The notes: a model not told the origin generated them from the sequence alone. A DNA stretch of 39,069 nt from Pseudomonadales bacterium (GCA_041588495.1 JBFGWM010000002.1:1-39069), one strand, 5' to 3'. Numbered from the stretch's first letter, positions 8,497 to 18,117 are shown. Numbers and translations: made by a program.

Positions 8497-9588
8497 TCAG
8501 TCCTGGCCTTCGGCGCCGGCCGCCGGCGTTGCCGTTTCCGCCAGCAGCATTTCGACCTCGCGCCACACGCGGTCCGGTTTAAGGGTAGCAAAGCAGGGTG
8601 GCTGCACTTCGAAACTGCGTCCATCGAGCGTGTCCGTTTCAACGTCCCCCTTCCACGTGCACTTGCGACTCATGCAGGGCGCACAGGGGAAATCCGCGGC
8701 GAGGTGGACCTGGTTGGCGCCATGGGCGCCGGTCAGTTCCGGGTTTGTCGGTCCGTAGACCGACACCGTCGGTGTGTTCATCGCGGCTGCCAGGTGGCAC
8801 AGGCCGGTGTCCACGGCGACCACCGCGGTGGCGTGGGCGAGAATCCCCGCGATGCCGGACAACGGCAGCCGGCTGAGCACCTCCACGTGGGCCCCGGCAT
8901 GGGTACGGATACGGTTCGCGCGGGCTTCCTCCTCTTCATTGCCCCAGGGGAGGCGGACCTTGTAGCCCGCGGCGCCGACGATCCCGGCAAGCTGGATCCA
9001 GTACTCTTCGGGCCAGTGTTTGGTGTCCCAGGTGGTTCCGTGAAGAAACACGACATAGGGGTCGTGGACGTCGATCCGCGGCAGGCGCGCGAAGTCGACC
9101 CCGTAATCCACCGGCGTTTCCGGGACCGGGTAAGCCAGGGCACGCGCGAACAGCTGGCGCACACGATCGACGGCATGCTGACCCCACGGCACGGGAACCT
9201 TGCGGTCGTAGAAACGACTGGCCAGGGGTTCACGGGCGGACTCCTTGTCCAGACCCGCCTTGCCACAGCGGGCCACGCGCACCAGGATCGCACTTTTCAC
9301 CAGGCCCTGGGCGTCGATCGCGAGATCGTATTCGCGCTCGCGGATCTTTTCCTTGAACTGCTTCCACTCGCCGCTTTTCCAGGTTTCACGCAGGCTCTTG
9401 CGCCAGCGGCGGATGGCGCAGGGAATCACCCGGTCCACCGCGGGGTGCCAGGCGGGAATCTCCGTGAAGGATTCCTCGACCACCCAGTCGAAGCGTACGC
9501 CGGGCAGTTCCCGCGCCGCATCGGTCACGGCCGGTAGGGTGTGGATCACGTCACCCAGGGAAGAGGTCTTGACCAGCAGGATACGCAT
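8497..9588 (-). CDS. waaC: ADP-heptose:LPS heptosyltransferase I
   Basis: The N-terminus MRILLVKTSSLGDVIHTLPAVTDAA..FDWVVEESF is typical of GT9 WaaC. Its start lies 6 nt downstream of the waaF stop. Confidence 0.9.
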   Translation of the reverse strand: MRILLVKTSSLGDVIHTLPAVTDAARELPGVRFDWVVEESFTEIPAWHPAVDRVIPCAIRRWRKSLRETWKSGEWKQFKEKIREREYDLAIDAQGLVKSAILVRVARCGKAGLDKESAREPLASRFYDRKVPVPWGQHAVDRVRQLFARALAYPVPETPVDYGVDFARLPRIDVHDPYVVFLHGTTWDTKHWPEEYWIQLAGIVGAAGYKVRLPWGNEEEEARANRIRTHAGAHVEVLSRLPLSGIAGILAHATAVVAVDTGLCHLAAAMNTPTVSVYGPTNPELTGAHGANQVHLAADFPCAPCMSRKCTWKGDVETDTLDGRSFEVQPPCFATLKPDRVWREVEMLLAETATPAAGAEGQD

Positions 9589-9594
9589 GCCGGT

Positions 9595-10632
9595 TCAGGC
9601 GTCCGCGACCAGTTCGTGCAGCGCGGTGATGATCCGCCCCGGCTCCAGTTCGATCAGGCACCGGTAGCGGTTTTCCTTCAGCGGGCATTCACGCTCGAAA
9701 CAGGGACTGCACTCGATGCCCAGCGACTGGATGGAAACCCGCTCGGAGAGCGGCGGGGTGAAACGCGGCGAGGTCGACCCGTATACCACCACCAGCGGCC
9801 TGCCCAGGGCGGCGGCGATATGCATCAGCCCGGAGTCGTTGCTGACCACCGCCGCGGCCCTGGAGAGCAGGTCAACGGCATCCGCGAGCTGGGTCCTGCC
9901 GGCCAGGTTGCTGACCCGGTCGCGCGCGGATTCGGGGATCGCGGCGATGATCTCCTCGTTGACGGGCACGTCGTTGGCGGAGCCGAACAGCCACACCTGC
10001 CAGCCGTTCTCGATGCGTTCGCGCGCCACCGCGGCGTAGTGCTCCGCCGGCCATTGCTTGGCGCGGCCAAACTCCGCACCGGGGCAGAGGGCCAGCACCG
10101 GCGCGTCGTCTTTCAGTTCGAAGCGGTCCAGGGCCCTTCCGACGTTGTCGGGATCGATACGCAGCCTCGGGGCCGGGATGGGCTTCAGCATCGGGTTGCC
10201 GCCCGGTAGTGCGAGCGCCACGAAGCGTTCGACCATCAACGGGTAACGCTGCTTGTCCAGGCGGCGCACATCATTCAGCAGCCCGTAGCGCAGTTCTCCC
10301 ACCCAGCCGGTGCGGATCGGAATCTCGGCCCATGCGGGAATCAATGCGGATTTCAGCGAATTCGGCAGCACGATCGCCTGGTCATACTTGCGGGCACGCA
10401 AAGTCCGCCCGATCCGGTAGCGGTCGCGCAGGGCCACCTTGCCATGTCCGACGGGCATCACGATCGGCTCCCGAACCTCCGGCATGCGCTCCAGGATGGG
10501 CCGGCTCCAGTCTGGCGCCAGCACGTCGACATTGCAGTTGACGTGCAGGCGGCGCAGGACGATGAACAACGACTGGGCCATGACCATGTCGCCGACCCAG
10601 GATGGACCCACCACGAGAAAGTTCTTGGACAC
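9595..10632 (-). CDS. waaF: ADP-heptose:LPS heptosyltransferase II
   Basis: (V)SKNFLVVGPSWVGDMVMAQSLF matches the WaaF N-terminus (MKILVIGPSWVGDMMM-type). GTG 10632 has AGGGG 7-8 nt upstream. The longest ORF extends to 10743, but its extra 37 aa are not WaaF-like. Confidence 0.85.
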   Translation of the reverse strand: MSKNFLVVGPSWVGDMVMAQSLFIVLRRLHVNCNVDVLAPDWSRPILERMPEVREPIVMPVGHGKVALRDRYRIGRTLRARKYDQAIVLPNSLKSALIPAWAEIPIRTGWVGELRYGLLNDVRRLDKQRYPLMVERFVALALPGGNPMLKPIPAPRLRIDPDNVGRALDRFELKDDAPVLALCPGAEFGRAKQWPAEHYAAVARERIENGWQVWLFGSANDVPVNEEIIAAIPESARDRVSNLAGRTQLADAVDLLSRAAAVVSNDSGLMHIAAALGRPLVVVYGSTSPRFTPPLSERVSIQSLGIECSPCFERECPLKENRYRCLIELEPGRIITALHELVADA

Positions 10633-10809
10633 GGCTGCCCCTGCCTGGTCCGAAGCGTTCGACACACCGGGCGCTGGGCCCGCAACCTCCGTTGCACCCG
10701 GGCGCTGCCCGGATACGGGAAATGTCGGCGGAAAGGCGCACAACGGGCCCGCCCGACGACCTGTTAAGCATAGGCGATAAGGGCCGGACCTGTTGCGTGG
10801 AACGGAGGA

Positions 10810-11742
10810 TCAGGCGACCGGCGTGGTCCACTCCGGGTAACGCTCACGCTTGCCGGTGACCTGGTCGAAATACATCGCCTGCAGGCGCTCGGTGAGGGGG
10901 CCGCGGTCGCCGTTGCCGATTGCCCGGCCGTCCAGCTCGCGGATCGGCAGGACCTCGGCGGCGGTACCGGTGAAAAACGCCTCGTCGGCGATGTAGACCT
11001 CGTCCCGGGTGATGCGCTTTTCGATCACCTCCAGGTCGAGCTCGGCGGCCAGGCGGAACACGGTGTCCCGGGTGATGCCGTCGAGGCAGGAAGTGAGTTC
11101 CGGCGTGTACAGGCGCCCGTCGCGCACGATGAAGATGTTCTCCCCGCTGCCCTCGGCGACATAGCCCTCGTTGTCCAGCAACAGGGCTTCCTCGCAACCG
11201 CAGTCGAGGGCTTCGTTGAGCGCCAGCATCGAGTTGATGTAATGGCCGTTGGCCTTCGCCTTGCACATGGAGATGTTGACGTGGTGCCGGGTATAGGACG
11301 ACGTACGCACGCGGATGCCGTGGTCACGGGCTTCCGGCGCCATGTACGAGGGCCACTCCCAGGCGGCAACAATGACGTGGACGCGGAGATTGTCCGCGCG
11401 CAGCCCCATGCCCTCGGCGCCATAGAAGGCCATGGGCCGGATGTAGGCGTGGTCGAGGCCGTTGTCGCGTACCGCCGCCTTCTGCGCGGCATTGATCTGT
11501 TCCTGGTCGAAGGGGATTTCCATGCGCATGATGTGGGCGGACCGGAACAGGCGGCGGGTGTGGTCGGCGAGACGGAAAATACACGGGCCGGTGGCCGTCT
11601 CGTAGGCGCGCACGCCCTCGAACACGCCCATGCCGTAGTGCAGGGTGTGGGTGAGCACGTGCACCCGGGCTTCCCGCCAGGGCACCATTTCACCGTCCAT
11701 CCAGATCAGGCCATCGCGATCGGCCATGCTCGGTACGGCCAT
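10810..11742 (-). CDS. ilvE: Branched-chain amino acid aminotransferase
   Basis: 310 aa. IWMDGEMVPWREARVHVLTHTLHYGMGVFEGVRAYE and downstream blocks are typical of class IV aminotransferase IlvE. Confidence 0.92.
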   Translation of the reverse strand: MAVPSMADRDGLIWMDGEMVPWREARVHVLTHTLHYGMGVFEGVRAYETATGPCIFRLADHTRRLFRSAHIMRMEIPFDQEQINAAQKAAVRDNGLDHAYIRPMAFYGAEGMGLRADNLRVHVIVAAWEWPSYMAPEARDHGIRVRTSSYTRHHVNISMCKAKANGHYINSMLALNEALDCGCEEALLLDNEGYVAEGSGENIFIVRDGRLYTPELTSCLDGITRDTVFRLAAELDLEVIEKRITRDEVYIADEAFFTGTAAEVLPIRELDGRAIGNGDRGPLTERLQAMYFDQVTGKRERYPEWTTPVA

Positions 11743-11777
11743 TCCAGTGCTGTCCTCTTGCTAGTTGCCCGCTGCCG

Positions 11778-14777
11778 TCAGCCCGGCGCGCAGGGCGGCT
11801 CCTCGATCAGCCGGCGCCAGAGGCGCGAGACCGCCGCACGGTATTCCTGGAATTCTTCCACGGACACGCTCGCCGGTGCGTTCTGCAGGGCCTGGCGATG
11901 GGCCGCAGAACGGTAGGCCTTGTATGCCTCGGTCAACAGTTCCGCGTCTTCCGGGGCCAGCAGGCCGGCCGCGGCAAGGTTTTCCAGGATCCGGATGTTG
12001 TCAGTGTATCGCAACAACTCCGGACAGGCGTGGGACCACGCCAGAACCGCGTATTGCACCATAAATTCAATGTCGACGATAGCGCCCTCGTCCTGTTTCA
12101 GGTCGAACATGGCGTCGGCGCTGATCTGCCCCGCGCGGGTGCCCAGCGCCTCGCGCATCTTCCCGCGCATCTCGCGCACCTGGGCCTGCAGGCGCTCGAG
12201 ATCCCGCTCCCGGGAGAGGATACGGGCGCGCAATGCCTCGAAACGTTCGGTGAGCGCGCGGCCGCCCGCCACCACGCGCGCGCGGACCAGGGCCTGGTGC
12301 TCCCAGGTCCAGGCCGAATCCAGTTGGTACTCCTCGAAACCCTTGAGGCTGCTGACCAGCAGGCCCGAGGCGCCGGAGGGTCGCAGGCGCACGTCGACCT
12401 CGTAGAGGATTCCCGACGCGGTGCGCGTCCCGAGCAGGTGGATCAGGCGCTGGGCGAGGCGGGTGAAATAGGTCGCGTTGTCAATCTGCTTGCGTCCATC
12501 GCGATCGCCCTCGGAAACCGCCTGGTGATCGGCATCGTGAATGAACACCAGGTCCAGGTCAGAGCCGTAACCGAGTTCAATGCCGCCCAGTTTGCCGTAG
12601 GCGAGGATCAGGAAATCCGGCGCCTCGCCACCGGACGTCCCGGGCCGCCCGTGCTTCTCGATCAGGTACTGCCAGGCGAGTTCAAGCACATGCTGCAGGA
12701 CCACCTCGGCGATGAAGGTGAGATAGTCGCTGACCTACATCAGCGGCAGCGTGCCGGCGACCTCCGATGCGGCCACCCGCAGCACATGGGCATCCTTGAA
12801 ATAGCGCAGGCATTCCATCTGCTGCTCGATATCGTCCTGGGGGATGCGCAGCAGTTGCTGGCCGAGTTCCTCCTGCAGTTCCTCGCGATCCGGCGGCGAG
12901 TACAGGGTCTCCGCGTTCAGCAGTTCGTCGAGCAGCGACGGCGTGTCGGCGAGTTCCGCCGCGATCCACGGGCTCGCCGCGCAAAGGCGGACCAGGTGGT
13001 CCATGGCGCCGGGATTCTCGATCAGCAGGAGCAGGTACGCCGAGCGACGGACCACGCCACGCACCAGGGGCAGGATGCGACCCAGGGTACGCGTGCGATC
13101 CACTTCGGGAGCAGCGTTGGCGAGTGTCTCCAGCAACAGGGGCAGGCTCTCGTCGAGCCGCTGCAGGCTCACCGCCTGCAGGCGCTGGGTGAGGTCCTCG
13201 CTGCGCAACTCCCGCAGGCTTTCGAGCGCCGCTTCGGGCTCGGCAAAGCCGTGCTTCTCCAGCAGGCGGGTTGCCTCGCCGCCCGTCAGCGTGCCCATCC
13301 ACAACCCCGTCCAGGACTCGGCAGGACGTCGCCGGCTGCCCGGGCCCGTGGCATCCATGTCGATGTCGATGATGCGCTCGAAGTGCAGGTTGACGCGGCC
13401 GCGATGGGCCTCGAGGTCGGCAAGGAACGGGTCCGGCTCGGAGTAACCCATGATCCACGCCACGCGGCGGATGCCCAGTTCGTCGCGCGGCAGCGCTTGG
13501 GTCTGGCGATCCGCCATACCCTGGATGGCGTGCTCGGTGTTACGCAGGAACAGGTAGGCCTCGCGCAGGTCACCGGCGGCCCCGGCGGGCAGCAGTTCCT
13601 CCGCCTCGAGCAGTTCCAGGACCGGCCACAGGCGCGTGTCCTGCAGGCGTGTGTCACGGCCGCCGCGAATGAGCTGGAAAGACTGCACGATAAACTCGAC
13701 CTCGCGGATTCCGCCACGGCCAAGCTTCACGTCCGCCTGCAGGCCCTTGCGCCGCACCTCCTGATTGATCAGGTCCTTCATGACACGCAGGGAATCGAAA
13801 GCGCTGTAGTCGAGGTATTTCCGGTACACGAAGGGCCGCAGGCCGGCGAGAAACGCGCGCCCCCGCTCCAGGTCGCCGGCAACCACCCGGGCCTTGATCA
13901 TCGCGTAGCGTTCCCAGTCACGGCCGTGATCCTGGTAGTACTCCTCGGCGGCATCGAAGTGCATGACCAGTGCGCCACTCTGCCCGTAGGGCCGCAGGCG
14001 CATGTCCACGCGGAACACGAACCCGTCGGCATCCTGCTGGTTGAGGGCGCCGATCAGTTCCTGGCCGAGGCGGCCGAAAAACTCGTGGTTGGCAAGGGCG
14101 CGGCGCCCGCCGCGGGTTTCGCCCGGTTCCGGGTAAAAGAACATGAGATCGACGTCCGAGGAGACATTGAGCTCCCAGGCGCCAAGCTTGCCGAGCCCCA
14201 GCACCACCAGGCGCTGCGGTGTCCCGTCCACGGAACATGGCGTGCCCCAGCGCTCGCATGCCGCGCGATACAGCCAGCTCTCCGCGTGCTGGATGGCGGC
14301 ATCGGCCAGGCCGGACATTCCATACACGGTCTCGAAGAAGTCGGCGCGGCGACTGAAATCCCGCCACACGATACGCAGCATCTCGCGACGCCGGACCCGG
14401 CGCAGGACCCCGCGCAGGCCGGCGTCATCATCCACGTCATCCAGCAGGGCCCCGATACGCCGCGCGTACTCACCCGGCTCGTAGGCGCGGAACAGGTCTC
14501 CGCTGATGAGCAGGTCGAACAGGCAGGCAGGATCGCGGCAACAGGTGTCGACCACGAAATCGCTGCCCGCCCAGACCCGTGCGAGTTCGCTCGCGAAGGC
14601 CTCGGGCAGGGTGCAATCCGCTTCGAGATGGGCAACGCAGTCGCGGGCTGCTTCGCTGAAACGGCCCCACGCCTGCTCGACCAGGGCTCGCAATTCCTCC
14701 GGAAGACCGGAACAGTCCGGTTGCAGCGCATTCAAATCCACCGGTCGCTCCCCGCACACCGATCGGCCACCACCCAA
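11778..14777 (-). pseudogene. glnE: Glutamine synthetase adenylyltransferase/adenylyl-removing enzyme GlnE, interrupted by one in-frame TAG (12735-12737): pseudogene, split gene or base-call error
   Basis: Two same-frame minus ORFs, 12735..14777 (680 aa) and 11778..12704 (308 aa), sum to about 988 aa, which is normal GlnE size. The first carries NTase motif GKLGAWELNVSSDVDLMFFY, the second GKLGGIELGYGSDLDLVFIHD. Read-through gives ..AGTLPLM*VSDYLTFIAEVVLQHVLELAW, which is colinear with GlnE. The start is ambiguous: TTG 14777, GTG 14759, or GTG 14741, the last with GGGGAG 6 nt upstream. Confidence 0.85.
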
Positions 14778-14869
14778 CCCACCGCAAAAAGGGAACTCTC
14801 CCGCTGCCGGCGGACCCCGGCCCGCCCGGAAACCGGGCAGATCCGGCGGGCTTCGATTACCCTACCAGC

Positions 14870-15976
14870 ATGAACGTGCTCAGCTTTGTCCGCAAACGAG
14901 CCAAACTCCGCGGAATCCACCTGTATACGGACCGGATGATCGTGCGGCGCATGGTGCGTTCCGGCGTCACCCTGCTTCTGCTGCTGTTCACGCACACGGT
15001 GGCCATGACCGGTTTCGAGGGTCTCGAGCCCGGAGAGGCCCTGTGGCTGACCCTGACCACGATCACCACCGTGGGCTACGGCGATTTCAGCGCCTCCAGT
15101 TCCATGGGCCGGGTCGCCACGGTCCTGCTGCTGTACCTGTTTGGGATCACGCTCCTGGCCACCCTGGCCAGCGATTACATCGATTTCCGCATCTCCCGCA
15201 AGGAGCGGATGCGTACCGGGCAATGGAGATGGAACATGCGCAAACATATCGTATTCATCAACTCGCCGAAGAATAACGGGGAACAGTATTTCATCCGCAT
15301 CGTCAGCCAGCTTCGCGAACAGCCGGACTACCGGCACACCGACATCCTCCTGCTCACTCCCGCCTTCCCCGGGGGGCTTCCCCACGCGCTCAGTGATCTC
15401 GGCGTGGTGCACGTGACCGGCTCGCCCGACACCTTCGAGGACCTCAACCAGGCCAGCGTCGCCGACGCGCGGCACATCGTGGTCCTGGCCGAGGACGAGT
15501 ACGATCACCGCTCCGACAGCCATACCTTTGCCGTGGTGCACCGCCTGATGGAACTCGGGGTCGCGGCACGCACCCTGGCCGAGTGCGTGCTCGACGAGAA
15601 CCGCGAGCGCATCCGCGGACTCGGCGTGCAGACGTCCCTGCGCCCCATCCGCTCGTACCCGGAGATCATCGTGCGGGCGATTACCGCGCCGGGCACCGAG
15701 GTGGTGCTCGAGGACCTCTTCACCTACGGTGGCGATCACCCGCGCCGCTACGACCTGCAGGTTCGCGGTGTACGCTGGGCGGATATCGTTTCAAGCCTGA
15801 GCCAGGCCGACCTCGGCACGCCCATCGCCTACGTGAGCCGCTCCAACGCAGTCGTCGTGCATCCGCATGGCCGCGAAACCGTCGATGCCGTGGCACTGAT
15901 CATCATCGTGCGCTCGGAAAGCATCCCCGAACTGCCGCAGGTCAGCCACGCGCTCGGCCATCACTCCGGCGCGTGA
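14870..15976 (+). CDS. Two-TM potassium channel with C-terminal RCK/TrkA-like domain
   Basis: The selectivity filter TTITTVGYGD sits between two hydrophobic helices. A cytoplasmic domain of about 230 aa follows, beginning KHIVFINSPKNNG. This is a Rossmann-like position, but the GxGxxG motif is absent. Confidence 0.8.
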   Translation: MNVLSFVRKRAKLRGIHLYTDRMIVRRMVRSGVTLLLLLFTHTVAMTGFEGLEPGEALWLTLTTITTVGYGDFSASSSMGRVATVLLLYLFGITLLATLASDYIDFRISRKERMRTGQWRWNMRKHIVFINSPKNNGEQYFIRIVSQLREQPDYRHTDILLLTPAFPGGLPHALSDLGVVHVTGSPDTFEDLNQASVADARHIVVLAEDEYDHRSDSHTFAVVHRLMELGVAARTLAECVLDENRERIRGLGVQTSLRPIRSYPEIIVRAITAPGTEVVLEDLFTYGGDHPRRYDLQVRGVRWADIVSSLSQADLGTPIAYVSRSNAVVVHPHGRETVDAVALIIIVRSESIPELPQVSHALGHHSGA

Positions 15977-16071
15977 CCATCGCACAGTGCGGGGTCACCG
16001 GCGCATCCCGCGCCCAGGAAGTCACCAGCACAGCAAGCCATTCGCCCCGCGAATCGCGGCTGGCATAACAA

Positions 16072-16803
16072 TCAGGCACCGGCCCCGCTGAACAGGGCGG
16101 CAATCCGCGCCTGGACCGCGCGCGCAGCCTCGGCGGGGTCTGCGGCCTGCAGGATCGGGCGCCCCATCACGATATGATCCGCGCCGTTGCGAAACGCCTG
16201 CTCGACGTCGACCGTGCGTTTCTGGTCGTCAACGTTGGCGACCGGGCGGATGCCCGGGGTGACGACCTTGAGGCGGCCGGAAAACTCCTCGCGCAGCCTG
16301 GCTGCCTCGAGTCCCGAACAAACCACCCCGTCACAACCCAGTTCCAGGGCCCGGCGCGCGCGGGAGACCACCAGCTGCTCGGGGTCACAGGCGAAACCGA
16401 GGTCGGAAAGATCCCCCGAATCCAGGCTGGTCAGCACCGTCACCGCGAGGATCTGCAGGTCGCCACGATTCTCCACCGCCGCACGCAACATGGCGTCGTT
16501 GCCGTGCACCGTGGCGAAGGTGGCTCCCGTGCGGCTCAGCGCACGCACCGCGGCGCCCACGGTGCGCGGCACGTCAAAGAATTTGAGATCGACGAAAACC
16601 CGGCAGCCACGGCCGACCAGCCAGTCGAGCAGCTCGAAATAACCGCCCGCCATGCACAGTTCCAGACCCAGCTTGTAGAAGCGAACGCTGTCCCCCAGTT
16701 GTTCCACGCACTCCCGCGCACGCTTCGCGTCGTCGACGTCAAGAGCGAGTATCAGGCGTTCCTCGCAGGGGATTTCCGGGTGATTGACGGTGAGATCGGG
16801 CAA
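16072..16803 (-). CDS. pyrF: Orotidine 5'-phosphate decarboxylase
   Basis: LILALDVDD..FYKLGLEL..VFVDLKFFDVPRTV..ATVHGN..GRPI are the classic PyrF blocks (DxKxxD catalytic motif). Confidence 0.92.
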   Translation of the reverse strand: MPDLTVNHPEIPCEERLILALDVDDAKRARECVEQLGDSVRFYKLGLELCMAGGYFELLDWLVGRGCRVFVDLKFFDVPRTVGAAVRALSRTGATFATVHGNDAMLRAAVENRGDLQILAVTVLTSLDSGDLSDLGFACDPEQLVVSRARRALELGCDGVVCSGLEAARLREEFSGRLKVVTPGIRPVANVDDQKRTVDVEQAFRNGADHIVMGRPILQAADPAEAARAVQARIAALFSGAGA

Positions 16804-16821
16804 GGCGTGCTCCGCGAATGA

Positions 16822-17397
16822 TCAGTCCTGTGCCGAGGGTCCGGCGCCGTTGTAAATGAGTCCGCCGCTTGCGGCGTAGCCGCGCAGCAGGTCCACCGCC
16901 TCGTCACGCAGCACGTCCTGCTCCACCTCGATGCCGCGCGCGGCCAGTGCGGCCTCCCAGGGCTGGGGCTTGACGCCCTCATCGAACCCGATGCCGCGCA
17001 CGTCCTCGTCGCGGGCGGCGCACACCACCCGGCCGGACGACGCCCAGGGAATCGCGCCGAGGCACATGGCGCACGGCGCGGCGCTGGTGACCAGTTCGTA
17101 GTCGGGACCGAGATTATAACGGCCGAGCGCGCGTTCGGCGAAAAGCAGGGCGACCATCTCCGCGTGCAGGACGGAGCAGCGCTCGGCCTCCACGCAATTG
17201 ACGCCGACCGCGACCAGTTGCGAGCGCGGCAGGTCGAAGACCGCCGCGGCGAACGGCCCGCCGGCGCGCCGCTCAACGTGTTCACGGCACAGTTCCAGAA
17301 CGAACCGCATCCGCCCCTGCACTGAGGATGCGTCGGCCGGGTGGTTTGCACAGAACTTCGGAATCCAGTCGGGAAGCTCGAGTACGAAACTGCTCAT
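16822..17397 (-). CDS. CMP/dCMP-type zinc deaminase (nucleoside/guanine/cytosine deaminase family)
   Basis: The zinc motifs are HAEMVAL ... PCAMCLGAI. The start is placed at ATG 17397-17395, which forms an ATGA overlap with the stop of the upstream ankyrin gene. The track ORF start at 17448 would overlap that gene. Confidence 0.8.
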   Translation of the reverse strand: MSSFVLELPDWIPKFCANHPADASSVQGRMRFVLELCREHVERRAGGPFAAAVFDLPRSQLVAVGVNCVEAERCSVLHAEMVALLFAERALGRYNLGPDYELVTSAAPCAMCLGAIPWASSGRVVCAARDEDVRGIGFDEGVKPQPWEAALAARGIEVEQDVLRDEAVDLLRGYAASGGLIYNGAGPSAQD

Positions 17398-17978
17398 CGG
17401 CCACGCAGCGCCTGCAGCGCGTCGCGGTAATTGCGCGCCCGTGCACAATCCTCCGCGGTATAGCCCTGCTCGTTACGAATCCGCGGATCGGCGCCGTACT
17501 TGATGAGCAGGCGCACGATGTCGGCGTGACCGCCCTGGGCGGCCTTCAGCAGCGGCGTCTCGCCGTGCTCGTCCTGGCAGTTCACCGCGGCACCTTCCTC
17601 GACCAGTTCGACGAATTTCTTCTGGTCTCCAGCCCGCGCGGCCTCCAGCAACTCGTAGTCGAGTTTCTCGATCTCGGTGGTGATCTCCGAATTGATGATC
17701 AGGGTCGGCAACTCGCTACGGCAGTAGCGGCACAGGATCGCCTCGGACTTCACGAACTCGGCACAGAACGGGCACTGCCGCTTGTACACGTGGCCATGGG
17801 AAAACGGCTGCGAACGGGTGATCGCGTGACCCACCTTGGTCCCGGTATAGCGGCCCATTCCGATCATGCCGAGAACCACGCCGATCACCACCAGGATCAG
17901 GCCCCCGAGCGGCGAGGCCACCATGTAGAGGATCACCCCGGCCAACAGGATGAAGCCACCGACAATCAAGAGGATCAT
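17394..17978 (-). CDS. Membrane-anchored zinc-ribbon / ankyrin-repeat protein
   Basis: 194 aa. Two N-terminal hydrophobic helices (ILLIVGGFILLAGVILYMV, GGLILVVIGVVLGMIGM) are followed by CPFC-x12-CRYC. The ANK consensus then follows: LLEAARAGDQKKFVELVEEGAAVNCQDEHGETPLLKAAQGGHADIVRLLIKYGADPRIRN. GGGAAG lies 6 nt upstream of the ATG. Confidence 0.8.
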   Translation of the reverse strand: MILLIVGGFILLAGVILYMVASPLGGLILVVIGVVLGMIGMGRYTGTKVGHAITRSQPFSHGHVYKRQCPFCAEFVKSEAILCRYCRSELPTLIINSEITTEIEKLDYELLEAARAGDQKKFVELVEEGAAVNCQDEHGETPLLKAAQGGHADIVRLLIKYGADPRIRNEQGYTAEDCARARNYRDALQALRGR

Positions 17979-18082
17979 ATTTTACTTCCCTGCGACCTAG
18001 ATAAAGGATAGCAAGCCCGCCCGCCACGCCACCGGCTGCGCCGCAATGCCGGCAGTATATCGGTAAGCCATTTAAATCAGAT

Positions 18083-18097
18083 GTTTGTGTGACAAAC
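18083..18097. promoter_or_regulatory. Perfect 6-3-6 palindrome GTTTGT-GTG-ACAAAC overlapping the -35 (candidate operator)
   Basis: All 6 arm positions pair. A third related half-site, AACACAAA (reverse complement TTTGTGTT), lies at 18121-18128. The palindrome itself is certain; its function is inferred. Confidence 0.35.
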
Positions 18098-18117
18098 GAG
18101 ATGTACTATCTTATAAA
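18089..18117 (+). promoter_or_regulatory. Putative sigma70 promoter for the 18143 gene: -35 GTGACA, 17-nt spacer, -10 TATAAA
   Basis: I counted the hexamers and the 17-nt spacer directly. The site lies in the only AT-rich stretch of the 158-bp divergent intergenic region. The predicted TSS is about 18124, upstream of the AGG/ATG. Confidence 0.4.

Noticed and set aside
10758-10793. An 8-nt direct repeat GACCTGTT (x2, 28 nt apart) between ilvE and waaF.
   Set aside because: It is short enough to arise by chance in 39 kb and matches no binding-site consensus I know. It is noted only.
11898-14873. Very long antisense ORFs: 991 aa opposite glnE, 776 aa at 23572-25902 opposite putA, 654 aa at 29010-30974 opposite ilvD, 590 aa at 19693-21465 opposite the ATPase, 558 aa at 7082-8758, 541 aa at 33505-35130 and 484 aa at 31215-32669.
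   Set aside because: Each lies exactly opposite a gene with clear family motifs. Their translations are Arg/Ala/Gly/Pro/His-rich and have no motifs. Stop-poor antisense frames are expected at this GC content, so these are shadow ORFs, not overlapping genes.
18087-18108. Possible CRP/FNR-type site starting at TGTGA.
   Set aside because: No TCACA half-site lies 6 nt downstream; the sequence is TGTGACAAACGAGATG. The GTTTGT/ACAAAC dyad explains the sequence better.
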